A stretch of 64,000 bases of DNA from Candidatus Thorarchaeota archaeon (GCA_029855935.1 JAGSHN010000023.1:32001-96000), one strand, 5' to 3'; shown: positions 32,659-44,400, counted from the first letter of the stretch. Numbers and translations are program-made. Notes: generated from the sequence alone by a model not told the origin.

Positions 32659-34965
32659 TCAAGAGTCCAGTAGAGTCTGGTCCTCACTCTTTGGGTCTTG
32701 TGGAGATTCTGTCTGAGGATGGTGTGATGACGGAGGTAGTGACCGCGTCCTCGCTCGTGGGCGCACTCTGTCACGGAACCCGTAAGTCAGTGCTATTATT
32801 GCGATACTGGTCACACCCAGACTGACAAGTATTGGGGAGACGTAGAGCACGCTCTCTATGAGGGGGAGTGTGGAGTTCACAGGGTCGAAACCGTTGGCAA
32901 CCTCCCAACCATCAGGAATACCATCACCATCGCTGTCGAGTGCACGCGGTGAGGTCCCCGTCAGGTATTCTCCGAGATTCGACAACGCGTCACCATCTGG
33001 GTCAGCCTCTGCGTCATCGACAAATGGACTGAGATTGAACTGAATCTCCCAGGCATCGGGGAGCCCGTCATTGTCCGTGTCTCTGCTGGTTGGACTGGTC
33101 CCGTAGACTTCGACTTCCTCATAGTCACTGAGGCCATCCTCATCGGTGTCGTTGCTTGTCGGACTGGTCCCGTAGACCTCAACTTCGTCATAGTCGCTGA
33201 GACCGTCGTGGTCCGTATCATTGCAGATTGGACTGGTCCCGTATACCTCCACCTCATCATAGTCGCGGAGCCCATCGTCATCAGAGTCCCTGCTCCACGG
33301 GTCTGAGCCTATTGCATACTCCTCTGTATTTGACAGGCCGTCAGCATCACTGTCCTGAGCCGCATCTGCCGGGTCCAGAGGATTCAGGGCGTTGGAGATC
33401 TCCCATCCGTCCGGAAGACCGTCGCCATCCGTGTCCGGCTCTCGGGGATTCGTCGAGCTGACAAACTCCTGGTAGTCTGAGGCACCATCGTTGTCGGTGT
33501 CTCTGACTCGCGGGTCACTTCCCGCCGTCAGTTCATACGTATCGGTCAGACCGTCACCATCGTGATCTGTCCAGTTGCCCACCGTCCCAGAACCTCCTCT
33601 CTCTCCTATCCACGGCCATACGTACGCATACTGATTGACACGGCTGACACCGAGACAGAGAACATCGTTCCCCGAGCCGACCACAATCTCCTGATTACCA
33701 TCATCATCAAGGTCTGTGACCAGCGGTGACGAGAAGGCCGTGCAATTGATGGGGATGGACCATTTCTCAGCGCCATTTCGAGCCTCACATGCGTAGAGTA
33801 TGTCTTCTCCGAGGCCTCTGCTGGTTCCCACGACAACATCAAGTCGGCCGTCAAGGTCTATGTCCGCAACCGCCGGAGCGGCCTGGAGATTGCGGTCAAG
33901 ATCACGGCCCCATCTCAGGGTCCCATCAAGTGCGTCCATGCAATAGAGTGTGCCGTAATATTCCGGGACAAGGACCTCATATGCTCCATTCCCGTCAACA
34001 TCCACAACGACCGGCGACCCCTCTGTGTAGGGAAAGGTCCCGAGCAGGGTCTTCTCCCCCGTGTCCCCCTCCAGTCGATACAACTGTCCCGCAAGCGTTA
34101 TGACGAAGATCTCAGTTATTCCATCTCCGTCGATGTCGACAAGGCTCGGATTCGTCCAGATGACAGAGTTCCCCCCTCTCAGCTCGGTTGCCCATTCGAC
34201 CCGCCCCGACCGCAGGTCAAAGCTACGTATCAGGTCTTCATTCGACCCGATGACCCCCTCCAGCTCACCGTCCCCGTCAATATCGGCCACTCCCGCCGAG
34301 CTGCAGATGGGGTACGGCGTGCTGTAGTTCCACCGTAATGTTCCAGTTGCCCCGTTGAGACAGATGATCCCCTCCTCTGCACCAAAGAGGACTACCTTCT
34401 TGCGAGAGGTACCAAGCTGTGCAACTGCAGGAGAGGCATAGATACCTGGGAACAGCCCATTGCCACTCAGTGTCTGATATCTCCAAACCAGTTCTCCCGT
34501 CTGACCATCCAGACAATAGAGCGCTCCGACTCGGGCTCCAATCAATACTTCGACCCTCCCGTCACCTGTGACATCCGCTACCGTCGGCATCGTGCTCACC
34601 CCTCCGGAGTACACGGGCCTCTCGGTTGTGAAGTTCCACAGGAGTGAGCCGTTGGCGGACAGCACGTACAGATTTCGGTCCCCGCTTCCTATCAGTACCT
34701 CAAGGTGGCCATCTCCATTGACATCCGCAGCCATTGGGGGATGCCAGAAATGGCCTCTCGAAGAGAATCGCCATCTCTCAATCGGCGGAGGGCCGCTCCC
34801 GGTTCCTGCGACCCTATGTATCGCATAGGTAGATGATGGTATTGAGACCGAGTCGTGATGGTATGTCCGGACGGCAAGGCCTGCTCCCGTAGGCACCACT
34901 AGGATAGAACACACTATGAGTACGAGGCCCCCTCTGGTCAGCATATCGTGACAGCCTTTCCTCAT
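32659..34965 (-). CDS. FG-GAP/PQQ-like beta-propeller + TSP3-like repeat surface protein with C-terminal TM
   Basis: Signal peptide, ADVNGDGHLEV/ADIDGDG repeats, about 10 DxDxDGL.D..E repeats, TM near the C-terminus. Confidence 0.88.
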   Translation of the reverse strand: MRKGCHDMLTRGGLVLIVCSILVVPTGAGLAVRTYHHDSVSIPSSTYAIHRVAGTGSGPPPIERWRFSSRGHFWHPPMAADVNGDGHLEVLIGSGDRNLYVLSANGSLLWNFTTERPVYSGGVSTMPTVADVTGDGRVEVLIGARVGALYCLDGQTGELVWRYQTLSGNGLFPGIYASPAVAQLGTSRKKVVLFGAEEGIICLNGATGTLRWNYSTPYPICSSAGVADIDGDGELEGVIGSNEDLIRSFDLRSGRVEWATELRGGNSVIWTNPSLVDIDGDGITEIFVITLAGQLYRLEGDTGEKTLLGTFPYTEGSPVVVDVDGNGAYEVLVPEYYGTLYCMDALDGTLRWGRDLDRNLQAAPAVADIDLDGRLDVVVGTSRGLGEDILYACEARNGAEKWSIPINCTAFSSPLVTDLDDDGNQEIVVGSGNDVLCLGVSRVNQYAYVWPWIGERGGSGTVGNWTDHDGDGLTDTYELTAGSDPRVRDTDNDGASDYQEFVSSTNPREPDTDGDGLPDGWEISNALNPLDPADAAQDSDADGLSNTEEYAIGSDPWSRDSDDDGLRDYDEVEVYGTSPICNDTDHDGLSDYDEVEVYGTSPTSNDTDEDGLSDYEEVEVYGTSPTSRDTDNDGLPDAWEIQFNLSPFVDDAEADPDGDALSNLGEYLTGTSPRALDSDGDGIPDGWEVANGFDPVNSTLPLIESVLYVSPILVSLGVTSIAIIALTYGFRDRVRPRARTRSLPPSSHHPQTESPQDPKSEDQTLLDS
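33085..33290. repeat. Three intragenic 69-bp (23-aa) tandem repeats
   Basis: GGACTGGTCCCGTA recurs at 33092, 33161 and 33230, encoding DxDxDGLxDYxEVEVYGTSP three times. Confidence 0.85.
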
Positions 34966-35145
34966 CTCCAGACCCCAGCACCTTCATATTGTGTCATTCT
35001 GACCATATCCAGATTCCAGTCCCACTCTCAATAAACAAGCGCTTTTCCTTAAGTCTTTCCTGCGAAATATTGTTGTTGCAGTCTTTGAACCGAAAAAAAA
35101 AATATGCGTGCAGTGACGAGTAACTACCCGTAGGGGTGTGTCATA

Positions 35146-36684
35146 GTGAGCCGTACGACCACCATTGACGGGAGCGAGAAACTCGGGAGAAAGCGAATAG
35201 CCACGCTAGTGATACTGTTCGTCATTGTTTCCCTGATCGGCATTCCTGCCGCAGCCAACACGGGACCCCTGTCCGTGAATACTACCAATCTGAGCTGTGA
35301 CAACTCATTCCTTGTCGCACCTCCGGGTGAATCAGGTGGTGGTTCCGATTGGCAACCATTCCTAGAGGACACTCAGACAAAGAGTTGGATGGAGATTGAC
35401 AGACTTCATAGTCTTGGATGGGATGGAGATGGCATCACCATTGCCATCATTGACAGCGGGCTCTATCCGCATAGCTACTTCACAAACGATCTGCACACTC
35501 AGTTGGTACAATACGTTTGCGTCAATGATGACTATAGTCTATCAAAGACAACCAGCTGGTCCAGTCCGCTTCTGCAAGATCACGTCGGTCACGGAACAGA
35601 GATGGCTGGTGTTGCATTGCAGTTTGCCCCCAAGGCAAGACTTGTATTCTATGCCACGGTGAGGTATCAAGAGGGCAAGGGCTGGAGGCTTGATTGGGAC
35701 AAAGTGAATAGGTCACTTGCAGACCTTGACGCGAACTATGCCACATATGGAGTCAATGTGCTCTCTATGAGTATTGGCAATTCTAAAGTTCCCCAGAGAA
35801 ACTACGAACTAGCTATGTCAATACAAACGTATCTCAGCTCACTTGCCTCTAAGGGGGTCACAATCTTCATCTCAAGTGGCAACGACTATGATAAGCCTGT
35901 GTCCTGGCCTGCAAGAATTGCCCCCGATTTCGATGGGATATTCAGTGTTGGAGCTGTCTTCGATCAGGAATATCAGAACTACGGTAAGGACTTCGATAAA
36001 CCGGGAAGGCCAAGACACGCAGGTCAGATATGGTTTGAAGAAAAGAAGAAGGGATCTACGAAATGGAAAGGGACTTCTCACCGCGATGGTCTTGAGATCA
36101 TGGCGTCCGGAGTCGACATTATGACGACCACAAATGAGAACGGGGGCAACTACCACTGTACTGGGACCAGTCCGGCCGCGCCTATGGCTGCGGGTTGCCT
36201 TGCCTGTCTTCTCGAACTCTGGCACAGCATAGAGGGCTTTGCAACAATCCCTGAGGACTTCATAGAGGGTATAATTGAGAACACGGCGGAATATCGTTTT
36301 GCCAGCGACCCTCATCTCTATGGCTATGGAATAGTCTCCCCCTACGACTGCAGAATCTATCCGCTCTCAGTCGCTGCCTCTTCCGTACATACCGGGTACC
36401 TGCTCACCAGCTATGATGCCGAATTCTATGGCCACGGTTTTTCAGTCTATCTGGAATGGTGGGAGAGAAACGGCCGGACCTGGGTCAAGCACAGCGATCT
36501 GGTCTATATGACTAGCTATGGCGATTGGGACCCAGTTCATGCGCAAAACAGTATCCATCCGGCCTTCTATGAAGGATACTATGCGACTATCAAATGGAGA
36601 TACAAGATGAGTGTGTTTGGCCTATCGATGACTCTCTACACATCGTGGCACACAGATACGGTTCCCGGTGGATACCCCGAGTAG
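35146..36684 (+). CDS. Secreted S8 (subtilisin-like) serine protease
   Basis: Triad IAIIDSG, DHVGHGT, GTSPAAP; oxyanion SSGND; N-terminal hydrophobic signal. Confidence 0.92.
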   Translation: MSRTTTIDGSEKLGRKRIATLVILFVIVSLIGIPAAANTGPLSVNTTNLSCDNSFLVAPPGESGGGSDWQPFLEDTQTKSWMEIDRLHSLGWDGDGITIAIIDSGLYPHSYFTNDLHTQLVQYVCVNDDYSLSKTTSWSSPLLQDHVGHGTEMAGVALQFAPKARLVFYATVRYQEGKGWRLDWDKVNRSLADLDANYATYGVNVLSMSIGNSKVPQRNYELAMSIQTYLSSLASKGVTIFISSGNDYDKPVSWPARIAPDFDGIFSVGAVFDQEYQNYGKDFDKPGRPRHAGQIWFEEKKKGSTKWKGTSHRDGLEIMASGVDIMTTTNENGGNYHCTGTSPAAPMAAGCLACLLELWHSIEGFATIPEDFIEGIIENTAEYRFASDPHLYGYGIVSPYDCRIYPLSVAASSVHTGYLLTSYDAEFYGHGFSVYLEWWERNGRTWVKHSDLVYMTSYGDWDPVHAQNSIHPAFYEGYYATIKWRYKMSVFGLSMTLYTSWHTDTVPGGYPE

Positions 36685-37303
36685 ACAGACTCCACTATTC
36701 GCGTTTACATCTCTTGGAGATCTCGCCCATCAACCAGTCCCCTGCCCTTCTGGGCAACCTGCACCAAGATACCCGATGGCTGCTGCACTCAAGGGTTCTA
36801 AGCGGCAGGGAGAGATTCAGGCTACTTGGGCTGCATCTCCCTCCAGGCCAGCAGCGACTATCTAGGGTCTGGAAGTCAATCCCTGCTTCCTGTGACGCGT
36901 TGGAGCAACAGGAGGAAGATATGTTCCTCGGCGGGTATGAGATGGCCTGTGCCCACTCGGGAGACGAATTGACCTTCTTCAGTGTAGACTTGGATGGCCT
37001 TTGATCAGCGACCAGTGGGACCCCTCCGACGCAGATCGTAGGACTCGGACCAATCACAATCTCAAGGCCCTTGGTCAAAATGGGCGGCAAGAAGGCCCAG
37101 CCCGAGTTCCCAAGGGACTTGGACATCCTTATGTGGACCTACACTGAGGATGACCTGATAGCGGTTGTTGATCGGACAGGTGTGAACGACACGGCGTCTT
37201 TCAACATACAATCACACAATCTAGACATACAGACAAGTGGGTCGTTCACGGACCCCCGACTACTCGGTCACATCTTGGGGCGACTAGTCCCAATTCGAAA
37301 GGT

Positions 37304-37800
37304 CTACTCAAGGTCTCCAACACGTGCCGTGAACTCGTCAATACTTGTCTGAACAGGAAGTATCAATATACCAAATTCGTCTGAAACACTAGATAGCCGC
37401 TTGAAATGAAAGTCATCCGCCAAGAATACTCCACAATTGCAATCTATGGCAGTGGCAAGATGTAGTGCATCAGATGCATACAGATTATACTGTGTGATGA
37501 ACAGACGAGTCGAACCAATCAATCTATTGCCTATTTCATGCACAACGAGGTGCCTCCTGATCATAAGCCGATTCCATTGTATCTCGATGAACTCGAGAAG
37601 TGAGGCCCCTTCATCTTGCGTCAGTTCGCGCTGATTCACTCGTTTTTGAACTGCACGTGTCAGTTCCAGTATGCTCCACGAAGATGTCTGACACAATAGA
37701 CTGTCAGTGGTCAGACAGAATTCGACAAGGTTCTCACTAGGCTCGCCATTACGAGATCCCAGAGGGCTGAGGCTTCAAGGCATACTGGAGTCCTCTTCAT
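37304..37800 (-). pseudogene. Frameshifted PIN-domain (VapC) toxin
   Basis: MKRTPVCLEASALW from ATG 37800, then a frameshift near 37755 into NGEPSENLVE...SILEL...LYASDALHLATA...LADD. Confidence 0.75.
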
Positions 37801-38023
37801 CATAAATCTCCTCAAGACCTCTCGTGCGCTCCTTTTTCTGGGAGAAGTAGGCACGGACTTCGTCAAAGCTCTTCCACGGCAAAGACTTGACCCTGTCTTC
37901 CAACATCAGTTCACGAATTCCTGCCTTTAGTGCCTCACTTATCGATGAGAACCGCCCCTCTGCAATCAGTCGTTCCAAGAATTCACGTTCTTCTCTCGTG
38001 AGGCGTACAGACGCAACCGTCAT
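37775..38023 (-). CDS. Ribbon-helix-helix antitoxin (CopG/ParD-like)
   Basis: SVRLT.EE.EFLERLI..GRFSSISEALK; overlaps the PIN start. Confidence 0.8.
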   Translation of the reverse strand: MTVASVRLTREEREFLERLIAEGRFSSISEALKAGIRELMLEDRVKSLPWKSFDEVRAYFSQKKERTRGLEEIYDEEDSSMP

Positions 38024-38056
38024 AGAGATGCCAATCAGGCATATGTCTACATCACC

Positions 38057-38067
38057 TATAAACGTTT
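38057..38067 (-). promoter_or_regulatory. Archaeal BRE/TATA-like promoter of the RHH-PIN operon
   Basis: AAACGTTTATA on the minus strand, about 34 nt before ATG 38023. Confidence 0.55.
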
Positions 38068-38321
38068 ACAAGAACGGAACACACCTCACCGCACATTTCA
38101 CACTCTATGTTCCATCCAAATCATTCAGAGGGCCGCTGTGAATTCGACAGGCCTGGTCACTATGTCGTATCTTCTGCTCCCCCACCAACGGCACTGGACA
38201 CGTAGGTGCTATTCCAGATCAACATGCACGCTACGTCAATCTACAGGACTCTTCCGACTGATTGCAGAGCCTACGGGTGGAGGGGCAGTAGGCCTGAACA
38301 TACCAGATTCGAAAGAAACAG

Positions 38322-38633
38322 TCAGTAGACGCACTCGTAGTTTCCAAAGGTTGGGATAATAGCCAAGTTTTCTGAGGCCCAATACAAATTAAGAATGTTA
38401 TTCCTGATCAAGTTTGAAATTTTCTCGGTGTGATGACCTGAGTGGACGACATGTTCACTATTTGCGATTATTGAAATTGACTCAAGAGAGGGGTATGTTT
38501 CTAGGAGAGAGAGTACGTAGTCCAAATTCGCATTAAATGTGATGCACTTGAGATGGTCAGACTCCAATTCGATGAACGCCTTGTCAAAAACATGAGTGAG
38601 ACTCTTGAATCCAAAATGGATTTCCTCGTTCAT
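38322..38633 (-). pseudogene. Probable truncated gene fragment (PLD-nuclease-like N-terminus possible)
   Basis: AT-rich protein-like ORF (CITFNANLDYV...ISIIA) that ends without an HxK motif. Assignment is weak. Confidence 0.3.
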
Positions 38634-38829
38634 CTTAGTACATTCTACCAACTCGATTTTGCAAGTCACATACTTGCAAACCAGTACATAATGACTACTG
38701 GTTTGCAAGTCAATCATAGCAAATGATATGATCACGCGAGTTCAGCATGGATGAGGACCACAGGCGCCGTCAAATAACCACTACAAACATTAAGTAAATA
38801 GACAATAACTGTATGTCAGGGAATATCCC

Positions 38830-39126
38830 ATGCTGGACAAGACCAGGGTATTGAAAAAGATAGAAGATAACATGGATGCCATCAAGAAATTCGGAGTGAG
38901 AAAGATTGGCATCTTTAGTTCATATGTTAGGGATGAGCAACAATCAGATAGTGACATAGACATTCTCATAGGATTTGAAAAGGGAATGAAGACTTTTGAC
39001 AACTACATGGACCTCAAGTTTTTCCTTGAGGATCTACTTGGATGCAAAGTGGATCTTGTGCTTGATGAGGCATTGAAACCAGAACTAAGACCGTATATCA
39101 TGGAAAGTGTGGAATATGCCTCGTGA
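38830..39126 (+). CDS. Minimal nucleotidyltransferase (MNT) antitoxin
   Basis: IGIFSSYVR (G of the GS motif replaced), SDIDIL, KVDLV. Confidence 0.85.
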   Translation: MLDKTRVLKKIEDNMDAIKKFGVRKIGIFSSYVRDEQQSDSDIDILIGFEKGMKTFDNYMDLKFFLEDLLGCKVDLVLDEALKPELRPYIMESVEYAS

Positions 39127-39457
39127 CTACAGTGCGTACCTCACGGATATCATCACGGCCATCGAAAAAATAGAACGATATACAGATGGAATCACGTTCA
39201 ATCAGTTCAAGAACAATGAACAGATACAGGATGCAGTAGTGAGGAACCTTGAAACTATGGGATAGGCCACGAAAAAGATCCCCGATGAGATCAAAGAAAC
39301 CAACTCTGAAGTGGAATGGCGCATGATTGCTGGATTAAGGGACATACTTATTCATGCGTATTTTGGAATAGATGTCGAGTTAATATGGAATATAATACAA
39401 AATAACATTCCCTCGTTCAAAGCGATTATCATATCTATCAGACACAGTTTGCAGTAG
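39116..39457 (+). pseudogene. HEPN/DUF86 toxin with internal TAG
   Basis: MPRDYSAYLTDI...DAVVRNLETMG*A...[20 protein letters not shown] at 39263-39265 sits where GE is conserved. Absent from the ORF track. Confidence 0.88.
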
Positions 39458-39552
39458 TCCTGATCTATGGGGCGTACCCTCTTGTAAGACGAACATCTAG
39501 AAGCCACGGTCATCCAAGGGAGCTGATTCTAACACTGGACCATCTTTCACTC

Positions 39553-41373
39553 TCACTCACGCCTGAGAAAAATGACTCCAACCGCCACAACGACGACGAC
39601 TGCTCCTACAGCAAATCCCATGGTGAGTAGGTTGACATCCATCAACGGGGTCGTGTAGTTTCCTGATGTATGATTTGTCGCTCCGGATGTCGTCGTAGTG
39701 CTGATGCTGGTGTTGGGAAGATTCTCTGGCTGAAGGTAGTAGTGTGGATTCCGTACCAGTGCTATGTAGTCACCTGCAACATACTTTGAAACCATATAGG
39801 GTCCTGATGTCACGAGATCACCCGAGGGCCCAGGGACCGGGTCCCAGAGGTCGATCTTGTCAGGATTGTACTTGTCAAGCGTTGCCTTCGGAAGAATGGG
39901 GGCATTACCTGCATACCAAAGATGGAAGAAGCTTCTGCTGTTGAAGACGACCTTCACGGTCTCGTTCGAGATCACCTCTGCCCTGTCCAGATCATTCAGG
40001 TGCAGATTGGTGGTGAACCAACTATCAGCGATGAAATTGAAAGACGCTGCCACATCCTGTGTTGTCACGGGGCTTCCATCCGTCCACACCGAGTCATTGC
40101 GAATAGTGAAGACAATAGCCATCTCACCAGGGGAGAGTGAAGGGTCTGCACCGGGCAGCTGAAACGCCCAGCTCGTGGCAAGCCCCGCATGGACCTCCAT
40201 GGCATCATCGATCATGAGGAGCCGGTCCCAGATCAGATTGTTGACAACTCCACTCTGCCCCTTTGACGACTCAATTGGGTTGAACGAGAATATGTCGTTG
40301 GCAATCGCTATGTCCAAGTTGTCGGTGTCACTCGCGGTGCTCTCGAAGTATGAATGCAGAAGACTCCAGCGTGACGTGAGACCTTCTCCAGCATGAGAAC
40401 TCAGCCCTCCGACATCATTACGGTATGCATGGTTGAAGTAGTTAGTGTAGAGGGGAATGATGGGGCATTGTTCAAACAGTATCTGCTGCAACTCAGCGGC
40501 ATAGGTCGCAGCGTCCGTTTCAGATAGTGTTGCCTTTAGGAGCGCTGCCTTAGAGTCAAAGGTCGCGTTTGAGAACTGACCAGTCGCCAGGTTGTTCGCA
40601 AATCCATCACTCATGAACTCGCATAGAACCAATGGATCAAGCATGTCAAATGACTTTCCGAGAAAAGCAATCCCGTAGTCATGAGTCACAGATATCCGCG
40701 AGGACCAGTCCAATGCATACTCGAGTGTTGAGTGGATGCCCAGCGCATCCAGTTGTTGTTGAACGTGAGAGAGGATATTGTGGGTAAGAGAACCAGAGGT
40801 ATCTGCAGAGATTATCTCAATTGAGAAGGCAGTACCGTTCGGAGCCTCTCTGTAGCCGTCGCTGTTGGTATCGACAAACCCGGCAGAGTCAAGAAGCGAT
40901 GCAGCAGCAGCCAAGTCGGCATCATAGTAAGTCCGAGCGAAGGTTCCTTCTGCAGTAAATGGATTGCCGACAGGGAGCACCGCATCGACTGGGTCCGCGC
41001 CCCAACTGAACATGTCTGCAATCATAGTCTTATTGACAGCAAGAGCAATCGCTCTTCTTAGTGCAGGATAGTTGAGCGGCCATGCCTTGCAGTTTAGAGT
41101 CAAGTATCCATATCCATTTCTCGGAACACCCACTACACTCACTTCCGAACTGGACGTGAGCGACGGATATTGGTCGGAGAGTCTGTCATAGATCAGATCA
41201 ATGCTTCCGTCAAGAATGGCGTTGACACGATTGTTCTCGTTTGAGATCACATGGAATACAAACCCACTAACGCCATCTGAGTCAGCGGGTGTAGCATGTA
41301 CCGATGCTGGTTGAAGGACAACCAAATTGAGCAGTATTAGCGTGGCTAGAAAGAATATCATTTGCCTTCCCAT
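39553..41373 (-). CDS. ABC transporter family-5 (peptide/nickel) substrate-binding protein, circularly permuted, C-terminal TM anchor
   Basis: RRAIALAVNK, LLDSAG and PIIPLY precede LATSW, WTDGSPVTTQDV and GPY..RNPHY. Signal peptide, Thr-rich linker and TM present. Confidence 0.88.
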   Translation of the reverse strand: MGRQMIFFLATLILLNLVVLQPASVHATPADSDGVSGFVFHVISNENNRVNAILDGSIDLIYDRLSDQYPSLTSSSEVSVVGVPRNGYGYLTLNCKAWPLNYPALRRAIALAVNKTMIADMFSWGADPVDAVLPVGNPFTAEGTFARTYYDADLAAAASLLDSAGFVDTNSDGYREAPNGTAFSIEIISADTSGSLTHNILSHVQQQLDALGIHSTLEYALDWSSRISVTHDYGIAFLGKSFDMLDPLVLCEFMSDGFANNLATGQFSNATFDSKAALLKATLSETDAATYAAELQQILFEQCPIIPLYTNYFNHAYRNDVGGLSSHAGEGLTSRWSLLHSYFESTASDTDNLDIAIANDIFSFNPIESSKGQSGVVNNLIWDRLLMIDDAMEVHAGLATSWAFQLPGADPSLSPGEMAIVFTIRNDSVWTDGSPVTTQDVAASFNFIADSWFTTNLHLNDLDRAEVISNETVKVVFNSRSFFHLWYAGNAPILPKATLDKYNPDKIDLWDPVPGPSGDLVTSGPYMVSKYVAGDYIALVRNPHYYLQPENLPNTSISTTTTSGATNHTSGNYTTPLMDVNLLTMGFAVGAVVVVVAVGVIFLRRE

Positions 41374-41498
41374 AACTACATCCTCCGACTGTAGTTTGTT
41401 ACAATCCACTAAAATACCTTCTCAAGAGTTGGAGTAGAACAATGCCAATCCACACTGACCGGAGGAACTTAACATCAAGAACGAGTTGCGTTAGCCAA

Positions 41499-44400
41499 CT
41501 ACTTACTACTTTGAAACTTGTACCCGCTCAATCGAGCCACCAGATGAACCCAAGCGTGCCTTAGACTGTTCCCGCTCCCCAAACAAGAGTCATGTGTTGA
41601 ACTAAGTGACTCCCTCGACGGGGGCAAACAGAAACAGTATCCCGAAGTGCTCAATGAGATGATATCTAGTCGAGCAGTGTCCGCGAAATCCTTCCCCGGC
41701 TCGACGCCGTTCGCGTCGCCCAAGGAAAGGGACAAGTCGAGTGCCCCGGCTACGGGACAGAAAGATCTCAAACTCATGTTTTTGCACACCGGAGTTGCGC
41801 GGTCACAATCTGTGGTCTCTTTGCTCCGCTCCAGACCCATAGTTATCACTTGGACTTGCCCTTGACTTCTCATCAGCAGACTCCATCGCTCTGCATTCCC
41901 ACTTCGTAGGTGATCCTTCAGTCTGATCATGAAGTGATTCCAAGGCGAGTCCGTTGACTTATCACTTCTACCCGTCACTAGGACAACTCTTTCAACCATG
42001 GGTCCCAGTTCCAGCCTTGAGCCTTGGGATTCCCAAGCGAACTGAATCATGCTTCGCGGAATGTCCTTGTTACAGGGGGTTATCGATATGTTCAAGATGC
42101 TACGGCCGAACGATGTTTCGTAGAAGTCATCACTACTGGCCTCTCTTGAAACGCACCCTGCAAGACTATTGAGAACGTAGACAAGTGCCCCTGGTACGTC
42201 CTTTAGACAAACAGAAATGTAGGCGTAGGATTCGCCGGTGGTCACGACACTCGAGCCGGGCTTCTCAGCCCTTGCCCCTTCTGTCTCTTTCTGTTCTTGT
42301 GGCTTGTCGGGCTCTCCCCGACCGCTCAGGACGTCATGCAGCATTGCGAGTAGAGCCCCAATGTCCTGATCACAGCAACCGTACGAAACCCCGTGCGTCT
42401 TGGTCACGGAGAACGACTCGACTACATAGTTACGTTGCACTCTGACATTGCACACATCCTTTTGTGATTCGAAGTCTCGTGCTATTGGGCAATGAAGTCG
42501 CCCTGTTAGGGCAGTGTCCTTTTTATCCTCGCTACCGGAATGCGATTCAAGCCTGAGCCGTTCTGGAAGTTCGTCATGAACCACAAGCTTGCCATGGAAA
42601 GCAAATGCAGACACAAAGGATGCCGCCATGGCTGGACGAATGAAAACGTAAGGGATGATGTTGGTCTTGGTCTTCTTCCTCCTCATGAACTCGGCAAGCA
42701 ATTTGCGGCATTCGTTTGCCTCAGCTTCCTCTTCAGCCAAGATGACGAGCCGCAATGGGCTTTTCGTTTTGCGTTTGAAATGCTCAATCGCAACAATCAG
42801 CCAGTTCAATATTCCAAGAGTGTGAAACTCGTCTCCTGAAATCACTATTGCCTTTAGTTTGCTAAATATCTGTTTGTACAGGGCGATATTGGGTGTTCCC
42901 CTATACACACACATTCTCTTTTCCTTATGAGAGTACCGAGACTTCTCTGCACCAAGGGAGTCTCGGAAGTGAAAGGTAACATATCCTGATGAAATGGATG
43001 GGTCGCATATGTGATCCCTGTTCGGCGACAGTAATCTAATATCGCGTGATCGTATCATGAAGATATTCGATTTGTTCAAGACGCAATTAAACTTCTGTGC
43101 CGCAATAGTTTCAAAGAGATAGAATGCTCGTCTGGTCGACCCGCCGATGATCAAGATTTTCATGTTTTCGGGTTTCTTGGACTCGGTCCAACCAACCAAG
43201 GCGAGCGAACCAACAAAAGAGCTCATGGTTCGTTCCAGATACAGTGGTATGGCATGATACGTACCAGTGGCAACTTCAGTTCCTGAATCGTTCATCTTTT
43301 CAAAATTGATACTGTGCACGACGCGATACACACGAGAAGAATCTGTGATGGCTATTACAACAGGCCAGGGATAGGTTCCTTTGCTCGAAGCCCTCTTCGA
43401 CCATATGTTCCTTAGTTCCTTCATCATTGGAAAGACTATCGCCAGCTCCGGTGAGGTATGAACAATCACTCGTGCATATCTGACTGCTCGACGAACTACG
43501 CTACGGTTCTGAATGCTCTCGACGATAGTTGGTACAAGTAGAAGCATTCTCTCCTGATCGCTAAGGAGTATTTCGGTCACGCCATACTTCCCTAGTTGAG
43601 GGTGGGTCCCAACAAAACTCACTTCTTCTTCGTTGTCATCAATGAAGACCATTCCTTCGAGGAGATACGTGCTGATGTCTCGTCTCTGCTGCGCTGGAGG
43701 TATTCGCCGTAGGGAGATTCCCACCTGGTTGCACCCGACAATGCGATATCCGTAATCAATTGCACGCCGCCTCGCTAAGGGCAGAGCCTCATACAGACCC
43801 TCACGAATTATGTGAATCGCGAACTGTTTTGCAATACTGCCGCCGCCCAGAACCAGATAACTATACGTTGATGAGATCAAGTTATTCAACGTGAGTTTGC
43901 CCAAGTAATTGTCCATCTCTTCAGACATTTCAAATGCGGAATAGACGATACCATAGAACGGTATTGAAATCCCAAGGTCAATGACCAACAGGACCGATGG
44001 TTTGACCACAAGACTCCGTATCACCTCATCCTCTTGGAACAGCAATAGTAGGGCAAGAAAGAAGATCTTCGTTACAAATGCAAAGGTGAGAGTCGTTATC
44101 TCACGCAAATGATTGTGGACGAGCACTGCGACGCCAAAGACCGAATTAGTGCCCCTAAGCATGAAGTATACAGCAAGAAACGTCAAGAGAATGCTAGTAG
44201 CGGTCAGTGTCGAAGACACTAGGAACAGAGCACGAAGATAGGTGCTTATGACATCAACTGAAAGAATCTCTTGACTCAATCTCCAGAGAATCTCAAAGCC
44301 AACTGCACCCGTGGAAACAACCACGCCTGCACTGAACAAGAATCCACTATTGAAACGATGCCGTCCAGTGAGTGAGAATAGTGAAAAGAGAGAGTCCCTG

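Noticed and set aside
36594-37352. Two same-frame ORFs joined by TGA at 37002, with an HhH-like IVGLGPIT
   Set aside because: Possibly a decayed gene, but no family could be recognised and both ends overlap real genes.
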